Counted from the first letter of the stretch, positions 36,028 to 45,513 are shown. The stretch is DNA of 64,000 bases from an uncultured Bacilli bacterium (GCA_934095845.1 CAKOKS010000001.1:5689-69688), one strand, 5' to 3'. Numbers and translations: made by a program. Notes: generated from the letters alone by a model not told the origin.

Positions 36028-37760
36028 TGAAACGCTATATTGATTCAGTAAAAAAATTATTTGAGATAGCTGGAGGGCAAAAGTTATTAGTACTTGAAAT
36101 GTTTATAAGTTGTGGACTATATAACTTTTCAACACTTTTACCTCCAATAGCTACTTCAGGTATTATTGCTGTTATAAGTGATGGAAATTTTAATGGAATA
36201 TGGATATATGTTTTAATGTATTTAATATTCTATATTATGTATTTTTCATTTTTAAGATGGAATTCTTACACTTATACTAAACTTGCTGATTATTACCATA
36301 TGGATGTCCAAAAGAAATTATTTGAACATATATCAAATAATGATTCTATTTTTGGTAAAATATCTAAAGGTAAAATAGTTGATACTTGTAGTGATGATAT
36401 AAGATATTTAGTTGATATAGTTAATGCAGCAAGTGAAGCATTAATGCGTATTATACAAATTATTATTATATTTATAGTATTTATTTACTATAATGTTTAT
36501 ATTGGTTTATTTGTTATATTAGTAGATATTATTTATATAAAACTTATGAATAATAATTCAAAGAAAGTTTCTAAATATTATGAAGGAACAAGAAAGTATG
36601 AAGATAAAATAATTGATATTTTAAATCAAATGCTTGCTAATATTAAACAAATAAAATCTTTAAATATAATGCCAAATATTAATAAAAATTTGGACAAATC
36701 TAGAAATAAATGGAGAGAAGAATATAAAAATAAAAGATCTTATTTATATAAAAGATCATGTGTTATTCCTTATTTAGTTTATGTTGTAAAAATACTTTTA
36801 TACATTGTACTTGCATATTTAGTAGTTGAAGGAAATATGAGTATTGATAAACTTGTTTTATTAATTGGTTATTTTGAATTAATTGTAACTTGTACTGATA
36901 AGTTACTTGCTTATTTACTTGAATTAAGTAATTATGAAGTTAGAGTTAATAGAATAAAAACTATTTTGGATTATAAAAATGGTACAACTTCTGAATTTGG
37001 AATAGTTGATAATGACTATATTAATGGTCTTATTACATTTAGCAATGTTTCTTATAAAATTAAAAATAAAGATATTTTAAATAAAGTTACCTTTAAAGTT
37101 TATCCTAATGAAATTACAACTATTGTAGGTCATTCAGGAAGTGGAAAAACAACAATTATAAATTTGCTTTATAGATTAAATAAATTAACTGATGGAAGAA
37201 TATTAATCGATAATGAAAGTATTTATAATTATACTAAAAAAGTATATGCTTCTAATGTATCAGGAGTATTCCAAAAATCATTTATATTTAATATGAGTAT
37301 AAGAGATAATTTAGGACTTGTAGATAACAATTTAGAACATCAAATGGAAGCTTGCAAAAGAGTAGGTATTCATGATTATATTATGAGTCTTCCTAAAACT
37401 TATAGTACAGTTATAAGTGAAGAAAGTCATATATTTTCAGAAGGTCAAATACAATTACTTTCAATAGCAAGAGCAATACTAACAAAAGCCGAAATTTTAT
37501 TATTTGATGAAGTTACTAGTAATATAGATCAAGCATATACAAGTGAAATTGCTACTTTATTAAAAGACTTAAAAGATGATCATACTATTCTTATGATAAC
37601 TCATAAACCTGAAATGATGGAAATTGCTGATAAAGTTATAGTTTTAGATAAAGGAAAAGTTATTTGTAAGGGTAAAAATGAAGAAGTTTATAACAAATGT
37701 TTATTATATCAAGATTTACGTAATAGAACGTTTGCAAGTATTAGTAAGAATGAAGAATAA
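36027..37760 (+). CDS. ABC exporter permease/ATPase fusion protein
   Basis: GHSGSGKTT, FSEGQIQL (non-canonical signature), LLFDEVTSNID, ITHK. Confidence 0.88.
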   Translation: MKRYIDSVKKLFEIAGGQKLLVLEMFISCGLYNFSTLLPPIATSGIIAVISDGNFNGIWIYVLMYLIFYIMYFSFLRWNSYTYTKLADYYHMDVQKKLFEHISNNDSIFGKISKGKIVDTCSDDIRYLVDIVNAASEALMRIIQIIIIFIVFIYYNVYIGLFVILVDIIYIKLMNNNSKKVSKYYEGTRKYEDKIIDILNQMLANIKQIKSLNIMPNINKNLDKSRNKWREEYKNKRSYLYKRSCVIPYLVYVVKILLYIVLAYLVVEGNMSIDKLVLLIGYFELIVTCTDKLLAYLLELSNYEVRVNRIKTILDYKNGTTSEFGIVDNDYINGLITFSNVSYKIKNKDILNKVTFKVYPNEITTIVGHSGSGKTTIINLLYRLNKLTDGRILIDNESIYNYTKKVYASNVSGVFQKSFIFNMSIRDNLGLVDNNLEHQMEACKRVGIHDYIMSLPKTYSTVISEESHIFSEGQIQLLSIARAILTKAEILLFDEVTSNIDQAYTSEIATLLKDLKDDHTILMITHKPEMMEIADKVIVLDKGKVICKGKNEEVYNKCLLYQDLRNRTFASISKNEE

Positions 37761-37772
37761 TTCATTCTTTTT
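37746..37772 (+). terminator. intrinsic terminator
   Basis: AAGAATGAA-GAATAA-TTCATTCTT 9-bp stem followed by a T run. Confidence 0.75.
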
Positions 37773-37831
37773 GTTTGCTATAACATATAAAAAATAGTAT
37801 ACTAAAAATAAGTTATGTTAGGAGAAAAGAA

Positions 37832-39664
37832 ATGAAGACAACTTTTAAAAATATATGTTTTTCAATATGTGTATCTATTGCAATATTTATAAGTATTTTT
37901 TCTTTTAAAAATTTAGCTGCTTCTAATTTAGCAAAACTTTATAATACTAATGTGTTTGGTATGATGATTATTTTTGCATTGGTAATAAAGACTTTATCAA
38001 AAGAAAACATTAAATTGAGTAAAAGTAAAAATATAATAAGTATTATTTTAAGTTTATTTATGATTTTAGGAGAATGCGCTCAAAGTTCAGGTAATATTGG
38101 CCTTATTTGGTCAAACATCGCAACATTTGTAATAACTATATTTAAATTTATTGGTTTTTTTACTATATTTAAGATTTGTTTACATTATTTAGATTTATTT
38201 TTAAAATCACTTAAGTTTAAAGAAATGAAACCTAAAAATAAACATTTTACTAAGTTTCTAAATTACTTTGATACTCATCCTTTTAAAGCATCTTTTATAG
38301 TTATATTTTTATTTTTTTCTATATTTATGATAGCTTTTTATCCAATTGTATTATCACCAGATCCATCTAATCAAATACTTCAATACTATAATGTTCGCAC
38401 AAAATATGTTGACTGGGCAATACAGAGAAATCCTAATGTGTTTATGACTAATCATCATCCAATAATGCAAACCTATTTAATTGGTTGGTGTATTGATTTA
38501 GGAAGATTTTTAATAAATGATAATTTTGGTCTATTTATATATACATTTATTCAAACTATTATATATGTAAGTGTACTTGCTTATACAATTAAGTTTTTTA
38601 AAGATGTTGGTGGTTCATTAAAATTAAGGTTTATATTACTTTTAATTTATTTAATTGTTCCACATTATGCTTTCTATTCAGTATCTGCTGTTAAAGATAC
38701 ATTATATACAGCATTTATGGCTTTATTAATTTTATTTATGGTTGATATTGTAAGAAACTATAAAGATAAAAAGATATCTATTAAATATATTACGTTTATT
38801 GCTATAGATATTATTCTTTTATCTTTAATGAGACATAATGGGCTTTATATAGCAATTCTTTCTTTTATTGGGTTAATGTTTTATAGCAAAATTAATTTAA
38901 AAAAATTAGTTATTAGTTTATTTAGTTTTAGTTTAGTTGTTATTTCATTTAATAAAGTATTAGTTCCATATCTTGGTATAGCTGATGCTAGTATAAGGGA
39001 AGTGTTATCTGTTCCTTTTCAACAAACTGCAAGATTAGCTAAATATCATGATGAGGGAATTACTAAAAAGGATAAAGAAGTAATAGATAAAATTTTGAAT
39101 TATGATACTTTAAAAGATAGATATGATCCAAGACTTGCAGATGATGTTAAAAATGAATTTAATAAATATGCAACTAAAGATGAAATAAGAGCCTATTTTA
39201 AAGTTTGGTTTAAATATCTCTTAAAATATCCAGTTACATATATTAATGCAACGTTAGATAATATGTATGGTTATATTTATCCGAATCAACATTATTGGTA
39301 TGTATATGATACTTATGATAAAAGAGTAGTAAAGAATAATGTTGTAGATTATCATTTTAATAAAAAAACAAAGTTTTTAAGAGATTCTTTAATCTTTTAT
39401 GAAAGTGTGTTTCCATATTTACCAGGAATTGGACTTATAAGTAGTATAGGGTTTTCAACTTGGATTGTACTTATCTTAAGTGTATATATTAAGAAGAAGA
39501 AAAACTTAATTCCGTATATACCAATATATGCATCTATTTTAATATGTTTTATATCTCCAGCTAATACATATTTTAGATATGCACTTCCGTATATATTTAT
39601 TCTTCCATTTATGGTATTATTATTTATAAGTGATTTAAAAGGTGAAAAAAATGAAAAAAGATGA
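37832..39664 (+). CDS. large polytopic membrane protein, probable GT-C-type glycosyltransferase
   Basis: 610 aa with more than 10 TM helices and a ~150-aa loop or extracytoplasmic domain. Overlaps the downstream GT2 gene. The function is inferred from context. Confidence 0.55.
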   Translation: MKTTFKNICFSICVSIAIFISIFSFKNLAASNLAKLYNTNVFGMMIIFALVIKTLSKENIKLSKSKNIISIILSLFMILGECAQSSGNIGLIWSNIATFVITIFKFIGFFTIFKICLHYLDLFLKSLKFKEMKPKNKHFTKFLNYFDTHPFKASFIVIFLFFSIFMIAFYPIVLSPDPSNQILQYYNVRTKYVDWAIQRNPNVFMTNHHPIMQTYLIGWCIDLGRFLINDNFGLFIYTFIQTIIYVSVLAYTIKFFKDVGGSLKLRFILLLIYLIVPHYAFYSVSAVKDTLYTAFMALLILFMVDIVRNYKDKKISIKYITFIAIDIILLSLMRHNGLYIAILSFIGLMFYSKINLKKLVISLFSFSLVVISFNKVLVPYLGIADASIREVLSVPFQQTARLAKYHDEGITKKDKEVIDKILNYDTLKDRYDPRLADDVKNEFNKYATKDEIRAYFKVWFKYLLKYPVTYINATLDNMYGYIYPNQHYWYVYDTYDKRVVKNNVVDYHFNKKTKFLRDSLIFYESVFPYLPGIGLISSIGFSTWIVLILSVYIKKKKNLIPYIPIYASILICFISPANTYFRYALPYIFILPFMVLLFISDLKGEKNEKR

Positions 39665-40583
39665 AACAAAAAAAATAGCAGTTTTAATACCTTGCTATAA
39701 TGAATCAAAAACTATTGAGAAAGTTGTTAAAGATTATAAAAAAGCTCTTCCAGAAGCAGACATTTATGTATATGATAATAATTCAAGTGATGGAACAGAT
39801 AAGTTAGCTTCTTCAGCTGGAGCAATTGTTAAATATGAATATCGTCAGGGAAAAGGCAATGTAATTAGAAGTATGTTTAGAGATATTGATGCTGACTGTT
39901 ACTTAATGATTGATGGAGATGATACATATCCTGCCGAAAATGCTCGTGAAATGTGTGATATTGTTTTAAGTGGTAAAGCAGATATGGTTATCGGAGATAG
40001 ACTTTCTAGTACATATTTTGAAGAAAATAAAAGACCATTTCATAATTTTGGAAATAAAATAGTAAGGTTTTTAATAAATAAAATATTTAAAAATAATGTA
40101 AAAGATGTAATGACTGGATATCGTGCGTTCTCTTATGATTTTGTTAAAAACTTTCCTGTATTATCTAAAGGATTTGAAATAGAAACAGAAATGACTATTC
40201 ATGCAGTTGATAAAAATTTTAAGTTAGTTGAAATACCTGTTCAATATAGAGATAGACCAGAAGGAAGTGTATCTAAACTAAATACTTATTCAGATGGAAT
40301 TAAGGTTTTAAAGACTATTGGAACATTATTTAAAGAATATCGCCCTGCATTGTTTTTTAATATATTTGCAATATTATTTTTGGTAATTGGAGTAATTTTA
40401 GCTATACCAGTATTTGTTGAATATTTTAAAACTGGGTTAGTATTGAAATTTCCAAGTTTAATATTTGCTTGTTTCCTAATTACTTTATCACTTCTATTGT
40501 GGATTGCTGGAATTATTCTACAAGTTATAGTTAAAAAAAATAAGCAAATGTATGAACTTATGTTTATTCAAAATAAAAAATAG
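39651..40583 (+). CDS. GT2 polyprenol-phosphate glycosyltransferase with two C-terminal TM helices (GtrB/CsbB-like)
   Basis: IAVLIPCYNE...YDNNSSDGT...MIDGDDTYP.. plus C-terminal TM helices. Confidence 0.85.
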   Translation: MKKDETKKIAVLIPCYNESKTIEKVVKDYKKALPEADIYVYDNNSSDGTDKLASSAGAIVKYEYRQGKGNVIRSMFRDIDADCYLMIDGDDTYPAENAREMCDIVLSGKADMVIGDRLSSTYFEENKRPFHNFGNKIVRFLINKIFKNNVKDVMTGYRAFSYDFVKNFPVLSKGFEIETEMTIHAVDKNFKLVEIPVQYRDRPEGSVSKLNTYSDGIKVLKTIGTLFKEYRPALFFNIFAILFLVIGVILAIPVFVEYFKTGLVLKFPSLIFACFLITLSLLLWIAGIILQVIVKKNKQMYELMFIQNKK

Positions 40584-40603
40584 ATTTTAAAATCTATTTT
40601 TTT
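40581..40603. terminator. bidirectional intrinsic terminator
   Basis: TAGATTTTAAAATCTA palindrome followed by T7. Confidence 0.65.
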
Positions 40604-41084
40604 ATCTTGGTAAATTAACACTTTTTTCGATGTCACCAGGTTGTATTGGATTATCTCCAGGAATATCTGGTAAATCTAAAGGAATAAACTCTTCATCAAA
40701 ATCTTCTGTAGGATAAGATGTTTCTAATTTATTATCATCTAGAGAGCTTAATAGTTCATCTATTTCATTATCGTTTAGTTTCATCTCTTTATCATCTGAA
40801 GATTTAACGGAATCAGAAATTATTTTGTCTTTTAATTCTTTTCCTTCATAATTTTTTAACATATTATGTATATTAACTATTTCATTTAAGTATTGTTCTT
40901 TTTCTTCTTGAGAAAGAATTCCTTGTTCCATTTTTTCTTCTATAAATTCAAGTCTATCAAACTTAGCATTTACAAAATAATTATAAAAACCATAATTACC
41001 TCTAAAAGATTTCCATGCTTCATCAGCTAACTTTCTTAAAAGATCTCTAGTAATGTTTATTTCCTCTTTTAATTTAATATCCAT
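40602..41084 (-). CDS. acidic hypothetical protein
   Basis: 160-aa ORF, divergent from the 41287 gene. No family recognised. Confidence 0.55.
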   Translation of the reverse strand: MDIKLKEEINITRDLLRKLADEAWKSFRGNYGFYNYFVNAKFDRLEFIEEKMEQGILSQEEKEQYLNEIVNIHNMLKNYEGKELKDKIISDSVKSSDDKEMKLNDNEIDELLSSLDDNKLETSYPTEDFDEEFIPLDLPDIPGDNPIQPGDIEKSVNLPR

Positions 41085-41286
41085 ATAATGTCACCTATCC
41101 TATATTACAATTATAACAACTTGTTAAAGTATAATCAATGTAAAATAATAAATTTTTTATGTTTATGATTATAATTTTATGATAGAATTATAATGGGTGT
41201 TGCTATAATGGATAATATTAAAGAAGAATTAGAATTATTAAACGAATTAGATGAAATTTTAACAACTATGGAGGAAGAGGGAAAAA

Positions 41287-42717
41287 ATGATGAGGACGAA
41301 AAGTGAAGAACTTTCTCAGTTTAAAAGTTTAACTTTAGAATTAGTCGAACTTTCTAAGATTGAGAACTTAAGTGTAGAATCAAAAAACGTTATAAAGGAC
41401 TTAACTATTGCTTTAAAATATCAAATAGAATATAGCATAATGAATGAGATTTTAAAAGAAAGTGAATCTGTTAAAGAACTTATTCCTACTATTGATGAAA
41501 TGATTAATAGAATTAAGACTTTTAAAGCAAATATCTATGACAATTTTAATAATTCTGGTAAAGAAGTTATGGATTTAAGTGATCGTATTAAACTTTTAAC
41601 TATGGAAAAAAATTTAAGAAGATTAAATGAAATAAGAGGAACCGTTGAAACAAGAAGTTTTAATTCTTATATTAATGCCATGAATAATCAAATTAGTAGT
41701 TCTAATGATTTAGTTATAATTATTAAAAGTGTTTTATCAGATGGATATAACGAATATTTTTCAAAATTGTTAATTAACGATGGAAAAGTAAATGAAAATA
41801 TTATGATGTTAATATACTCTATAATGAAAGATAAATCTTTATTTAAAGAATTAAAAGAATATATTGATAAAGAACATGAAGTAAGCATGTTACAAAAAGA
41901 TTATGAACAAGATGAAAAAAATTTGGAAATGTTTTATAAATGTCGTGACTATGAAGATGAATTTAGAAGATATATAGTATTAACTTCGAGAATGAATGAA
42001 TATGATACTTTGGAAGGAGAATTAAATGATTCTATTTCAACTTCTTCATCCAAAATTGATGATTTATCAAATCAAAAATATTCAAAAGTTTTCTTTAATT
42101 CAAAAATTAAGAAGTTAGAAACAGATGTTTATAAAAAGAAAGATAGGTTAGAAAGAATTCATCATCAAAGAGAAGAACTAGGTTTGTTAGAAGAAAAACT
42201 TATATCTCTAGGTTTTGGACCAATTATTAATTCTTTTAAAACTGAGATTGGTCAAATGGAAAGTGTTTATGATAAATTTGTATTGTATATAAAAACTAAA
42301 ATGAATACTAATTTGTTTGATGTAAACGGGTTTATTGTTAGCTTCAAGGAAAGAATGCGAAAAAAACGTATAGATTTAATTGCAAACGAAAGAAAGTTAC
42401 CAACTGTTTTAAAAGGTGATAGTAATTTGGCTATAAAACTAATAGATAATTATCATGATGATATAGAGAAAATAGTAGATCTTTATAATATAGATGAAGA
42501 TATGTCAAAGCTTGTTGCTTTTTATGTTTTGAATCTTTTATGTTCAGCTAAAAAATTAGATTACACTGATTTAGATGAAGTTTATGTAAGTGAAGAAAGT
42601 GTTGATGAAACATTTAGAAGACTTGAGGATTGCTTAAATAAAGATTTAGAAAAAATTAATGAAGAAGTCCATAATCTTGAAGAAAATATTACATCAGTTA
42701 TGAGAAAAGCTGGTTAG
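41287..42717 (+). CDS. coiled-coil-rich hypothetical protein (no signal peptide)
   Basis: 476-aa ORF with GGAGG/GAGGG upstream. Heptad-like, Glu/Lys/Leu-rich throughout. Confidence 0.7.
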   Translation: MMRTKSEELSQFKSLTLELVELSKIENLSVESKNVIKDLTIALKYQIEYSIMNEILKESESVKELIPTIDEMINRIKTFKANIYDNFNNSGKEVMDLSDRIKLLTMEKNLRRLNEIRGTVETRSFNSYINAMNNQISSSNDLVIIIKSVLSDGYNEYFSKLLINDGKVNENIMMLIYSIMKDKSLFKELKEYIDKEHEVSMLQKDYEQDEKNLEMFYKCRDYEDEFRRYIVLTSRMNEYDTLEGELNDSISTSSSKIDDLSNQKYSKVFFNSKIKKLETDVYKKKDRLERIHHQREELGLLEEKLISLGFGPIINSFKTEIGQMESVYDKFVLYIKTKMNTNLFDVNGFIVSFKERMRKKRIDLIANERKLPTVLKGDSNLAIKLIDNYHDDIEKIVDLYNIDEDMSKLVAFYVLNLLCSAKKLDYTDLDEVYVSEESVDETFRRLEDCLNKDLEKINEEVHNLEENITSVMRKAG

Positions 42718-42770
42718 TTTTTCTTACTAAAAATAATAAAAAATGTTATAATTGTTAAAGAGGTTATAAC

Positions 42771-42992
42771 ATGAAAAAAATTAATGATAATTTAAAAAAA
42801 GATATTAAAATTTTAGATTTAGATAGAGAAGGTCTTGCAATTTTAAAAGACAATAATATAAATTTAATTGAAGATTTATGGCTACTAACTAAGAAAGACT
42901 TGAAGATACTTGGTATTAGTGATAAAGATATAAAATATATATCAATAAAACTACAATTGCTTGGTTTAGACTTAAATAAGAAAATATATTAA
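42771..42992 (+). CDS. stand-alone RNA polymerase alpha C-terminal-domain-like (helix-hairpin-helix) protein
   Basis: IKILDLDREGLAILKDNNINLIEDLWLLTKKDLKILGISDKDIKYISIKLQLLGLDLNK aligns by eye with RpoA-CTD ..LDLSVRSYNCLKRAGINTV.EL...TEEDL.KVRNLG.KSLEEVK.KL.ELGL.L. Confidence 0.6.
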   Translation: MKKINDNLKKDIKILDLDREGLAILKDNNINLIEDLWLLTKKDLKILGISDKDIKYISIKLQLLGLDLNKKIY

Positions 42993-43000
42993 AAAAAATA

Positions 43001-43029
43001 AAGAAATATATACTTTCTTATTTTTTTTT
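43001..43029 (+). terminator. intrinsic terminator
   Basis: AAGAAA-N7-TTTCTT stem followed by T9. Confidence 0.65.
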
Positions 43030-43074
43030 GCTATACTAACAATAGTAGGGGTTACAGATAGTGGAGGTAACGTG

Positions 43075-44511
43075 ATGGAAAATATTAGTAAAGAAGATTT
43101 AACAAAGGATACCAGGGATATTAATACTTATATTGATCAAGCTCTTAAAACTTATTCTTTAATGGATTTTAGTAAGAATGATGGGATAAATGAGTTTTTT
43201 CGTGTTGCAACAATGAGCAACGATACAACTAGTATTAATTTTGCTGACTTTAAAAGATTTTTTAATTTAAGATTAGTAATGGAATATATAATTAGTCATA
43301 ATATTGATATCAATCATATGAAAAAAGATGATAGAATAATTTTGGAAAAAGAAATAAGTAATAACGTATTAAATGATATTCGTAGTGGTAGAAAGAATTA
43401 TTTTACAGTTAAGTGTGGAAATGTTGATTTAGTTGATCATACTTTTATCTTAAATATGGAAAATACTGATTTAATTAGTGCACTTTCAAGTGTATATTCT
43501 TTAGCAAAAAAGGAGAATACTTCATTAAAACTAGAAATCAACCGAAATATAAATTTTGGTCATAAAAATTCTCTTTTAATTTCTTGTGATGAAAAAAATC
43601 TTAATTCAACGATTAATATCTTAAATTCTTTAAATGATATAAATGTACTTCCTCCAATGAATTTTGTAAATAATATAAATGATGAAATAGGTTATTCAAA
43701 TACAAGAGCTGATGGGAAAACAGTTATAGAAGTCGTATATGAATCATTAATTCATGCTTTGGATGATGTAATAGCAAGTGTATCTTTAGAACCTGCAGTA
43801 AATGATTTAGATAGATATCAAAAAATAGAATCTATAAAAAGTAATGATGCAAAAAATATGATAGTTACTAAATTTAAAGAATATTTGGTAAATTCAGGAT
43901 TAAGTTTAACAACATTTGGTGTATTTGAAGATAAAATGCTTGAAAATAAAATGGATGAAATTGTTATTGATGTAAAAAAACCAGAAATAACTTTTGAAAA
44001 AAATATTTTAAGTGAAGAAAATCCTAAGCCAGAATTTAGTTTAGATGAAAGAGTGCCTGAGGCCCCAACATTTGATAAAATTGAAGATATGGAGCCTATA
44101 AAAGAAACTACTCAAGATGAGTTAAGTAATGAGGATGTTCAATCTATTTTATCTAATGAAGAAACAATGGAAAGAAATAATGAACCTGAGAGAATAGATG
44201 TTGCTTTGAAGTATAAAGATGTATTTCCTGCATTTGATACTTTAAATCAAAAAATAACTTATGATGGACATGAAATGACTATTTTAGATTATTTAGAAAT
44301 GAATGAAGTTTTAAATAAAATTGCATTAGATAAGATGTATGTAGATCATGAAGGTGTTAAACTTTTAGGAAGTGAATTTATTCGTGAAAGAATAGTTCCT
44401 TATGCTAAAGAAGTAGAAAATACAAGTGTTGATGAAATTATTAGTATTTATGGATTAAAAGAATTTAAGAAAAAAGAAAAGGGAAGTTTCTTAGGGAAAT
44501 TTTTTAAATAG
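43075..44511 (+). CDS. hypothetical protein with central acidic low-complexity linker (no signal peptide)
   Basis: 478-aa ORF. GGAGG lies 8 nt upstream of the ATG. No family recognised. Confidence 0.7.
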   Translation: MENISKEDLTKDTRDINTYIDQALKTYSLMDFSKNDGINEFFRVATMSNDTTSINFADFKRFFNLRLVMEYIISHNIDINHMKKDDRIILEKEISNNVLNDIRSGRKNYFTVKCGNVDLVDHTFILNMENTDLISALSSVYSLAKKENTSLKLEINRNINFGHKNSLLISCDEKNLNSTINILNSLNDINVLPPMNFVNNINDEIGYSNTRADGKTVIEVVYESLIHALDDVIASVSLEPAVNDLDRYQKIESIKSNDAKNMIVTKFKEYLVNSGLSLTTFGVFEDKMLENKMDEIVIDVKKPEITFEKNILSEENPKPEFSLDERVPEAPTFDKIEDMEPIKETTQDELSNEDVQSILSNEETMERNNEPERIDVALKYKDVFPAFDTLNQKITYDGHEMTILDYLEMNEVLNKIALDKMYVDHEGVKLLGSEFIRERIVPYAKEVENTSVDEIISIYGLKEFKKKEKGSFLGKFFK

Positions 44512-44530
44512 TGGTTTAGTAAAAACAATT

Positions 44531-44568
44531 AAAATACCTCTTACATATTAAATAGTAGGAGGTATTTT
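44531..44568 (+). promoter_or_regulatory. 10-bp hairpin (terminator or attenuator) whose 3' arm contains the holin Shine-Dalgarno sequence
   Basis: AAAATACCTC (44531-44540) pairs with GAGGTATTTT (44559-44568). AGGAGG lies at 44557-44562 and the ATG at 44571. Confidence 0.55.
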
Positions 44569-44570
44569 TA

Positions 44571-44912
44571 ATGGAAGAATTTATTGAGTTTTTAATAAAT
44601 AATGGATTACAACTATTATATTTAGTATTAACAACTTTGGTTTCTTATTTAACTTTAAAAATAAAAAATCTATATAATAAATATGTAAATGATGAAATGA
44701 AAAAAAGTATAACAGAAATATGCGTAAACGCGTGTGAGCAATTATATAAAGGAAATGATTCTGAAGAAAAATATAATTTAGCTTTTAATAATATTAAAAC
44801 TATGTTGAAAAATAAAAATATAAAAATGGACGATACAGAAATAAAACTAATGATTGAATCTTTCTGTAGTAATTTTAGAAAGGAAGATAAAAATGTTAAA
44901 AAAGAAAACTAG
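44571..44912 (+). CDS. phage holin, LL-H-like family
   Basis: 113 aa. One N-terminal TM helix followed by a charged helical tail of LL-H holin type. It sits immediately upstream of, and overlaps, an endolysin gene. Confidence 0.6.
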   Translation: MEEFIEFLINNGLQLLYLVLTTLVSYLTLKIKNLYNKYVNDEMKKSITEICVNACEQLYKGNDSEEKYNLAFNNIKTMLKNKNIKMDDTEIKLMIESFCSNFRKEDKNVKKEN

Positions 44913-45513
44913 ACAAATTATGTTTTTTCAGCTAGGTTATTACGATGGAAAATTTGATGGAATTTGGGGTAAGAAAAGCAAATTAGCAACTAAACGTTTT
45001 CAACAAGATTATGGACTAAAAGTTGATTCTATATATGGACCAAATACAGAAAAAAAGCTAAAAAAAGTTTATAAAGATTTTATGAATGCAGAAGTAACTG
45101 AAGAGGACTTTCAAACAACTAAATATTTTACAAAAAGAGAAATTGCTTGTAATGATAATTGTGGATATGATCGTATAAGTAAACAACTATTATATAATAT
45201 ATATGCTTTAAGATATTATATGAATGAAAAAATGAATATTACTAGTGCATGTAGGTGTGAAAAACACAATAAAAAAGTTGGAGGTAGGAAAACAAGTAGA
45301 CATTTTAATTATGAAAAGTTTACTAAGGCAATTGACTTTTCAAATAAAAAAACTAAGAGTTTATCTTATAGAAAAAAAATTACTAATTTTTGGATAAATT
45401 ATATACCAAATGCTAGATATTCATATTCAAATGGATATGGAAAATTTGGTAAAAAAGTTACTAAAGTTATAGCTAAAAATATGGGTAGTTCAGTACATAT
45501 AGATGTTAAATAA
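44893..45513 (+). CDS. endolysin: PG_binding_1 domain plus peptidase M15A (zinc D-Ala-D-Ala carboxypeptidase-like) domain
   Basis: ..DGIWGKKSKLATKRFQQDYGLKVDSIYGPNT.. is PG_binding_1. ..SACRC..HN..VGG...SRH.....KAIDF.....SVHIDV supplies the H/D/H zinc ligands. AGGAAG RBS before the ATG at 44893. Confidence 0.8.
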   Translation: MLKKKTRQIMFFQLGYYDGKFDGIWGKKSKLATKRFQQDYGLKVDSIYGPNTEKKLKKVYKDFMNAEVTEEDFQTTKYFTKREIACNDNCGYDRISKQLLYNIYALRYYMNEKMNITSACRCEKHNKKVGGRKTSRHFNYEKFTKAIDFSNKKTKSLSYRKKITNFWINYIPNARYSYSNGYGKFGKKVTKVIAKNMGSSVHIDVK

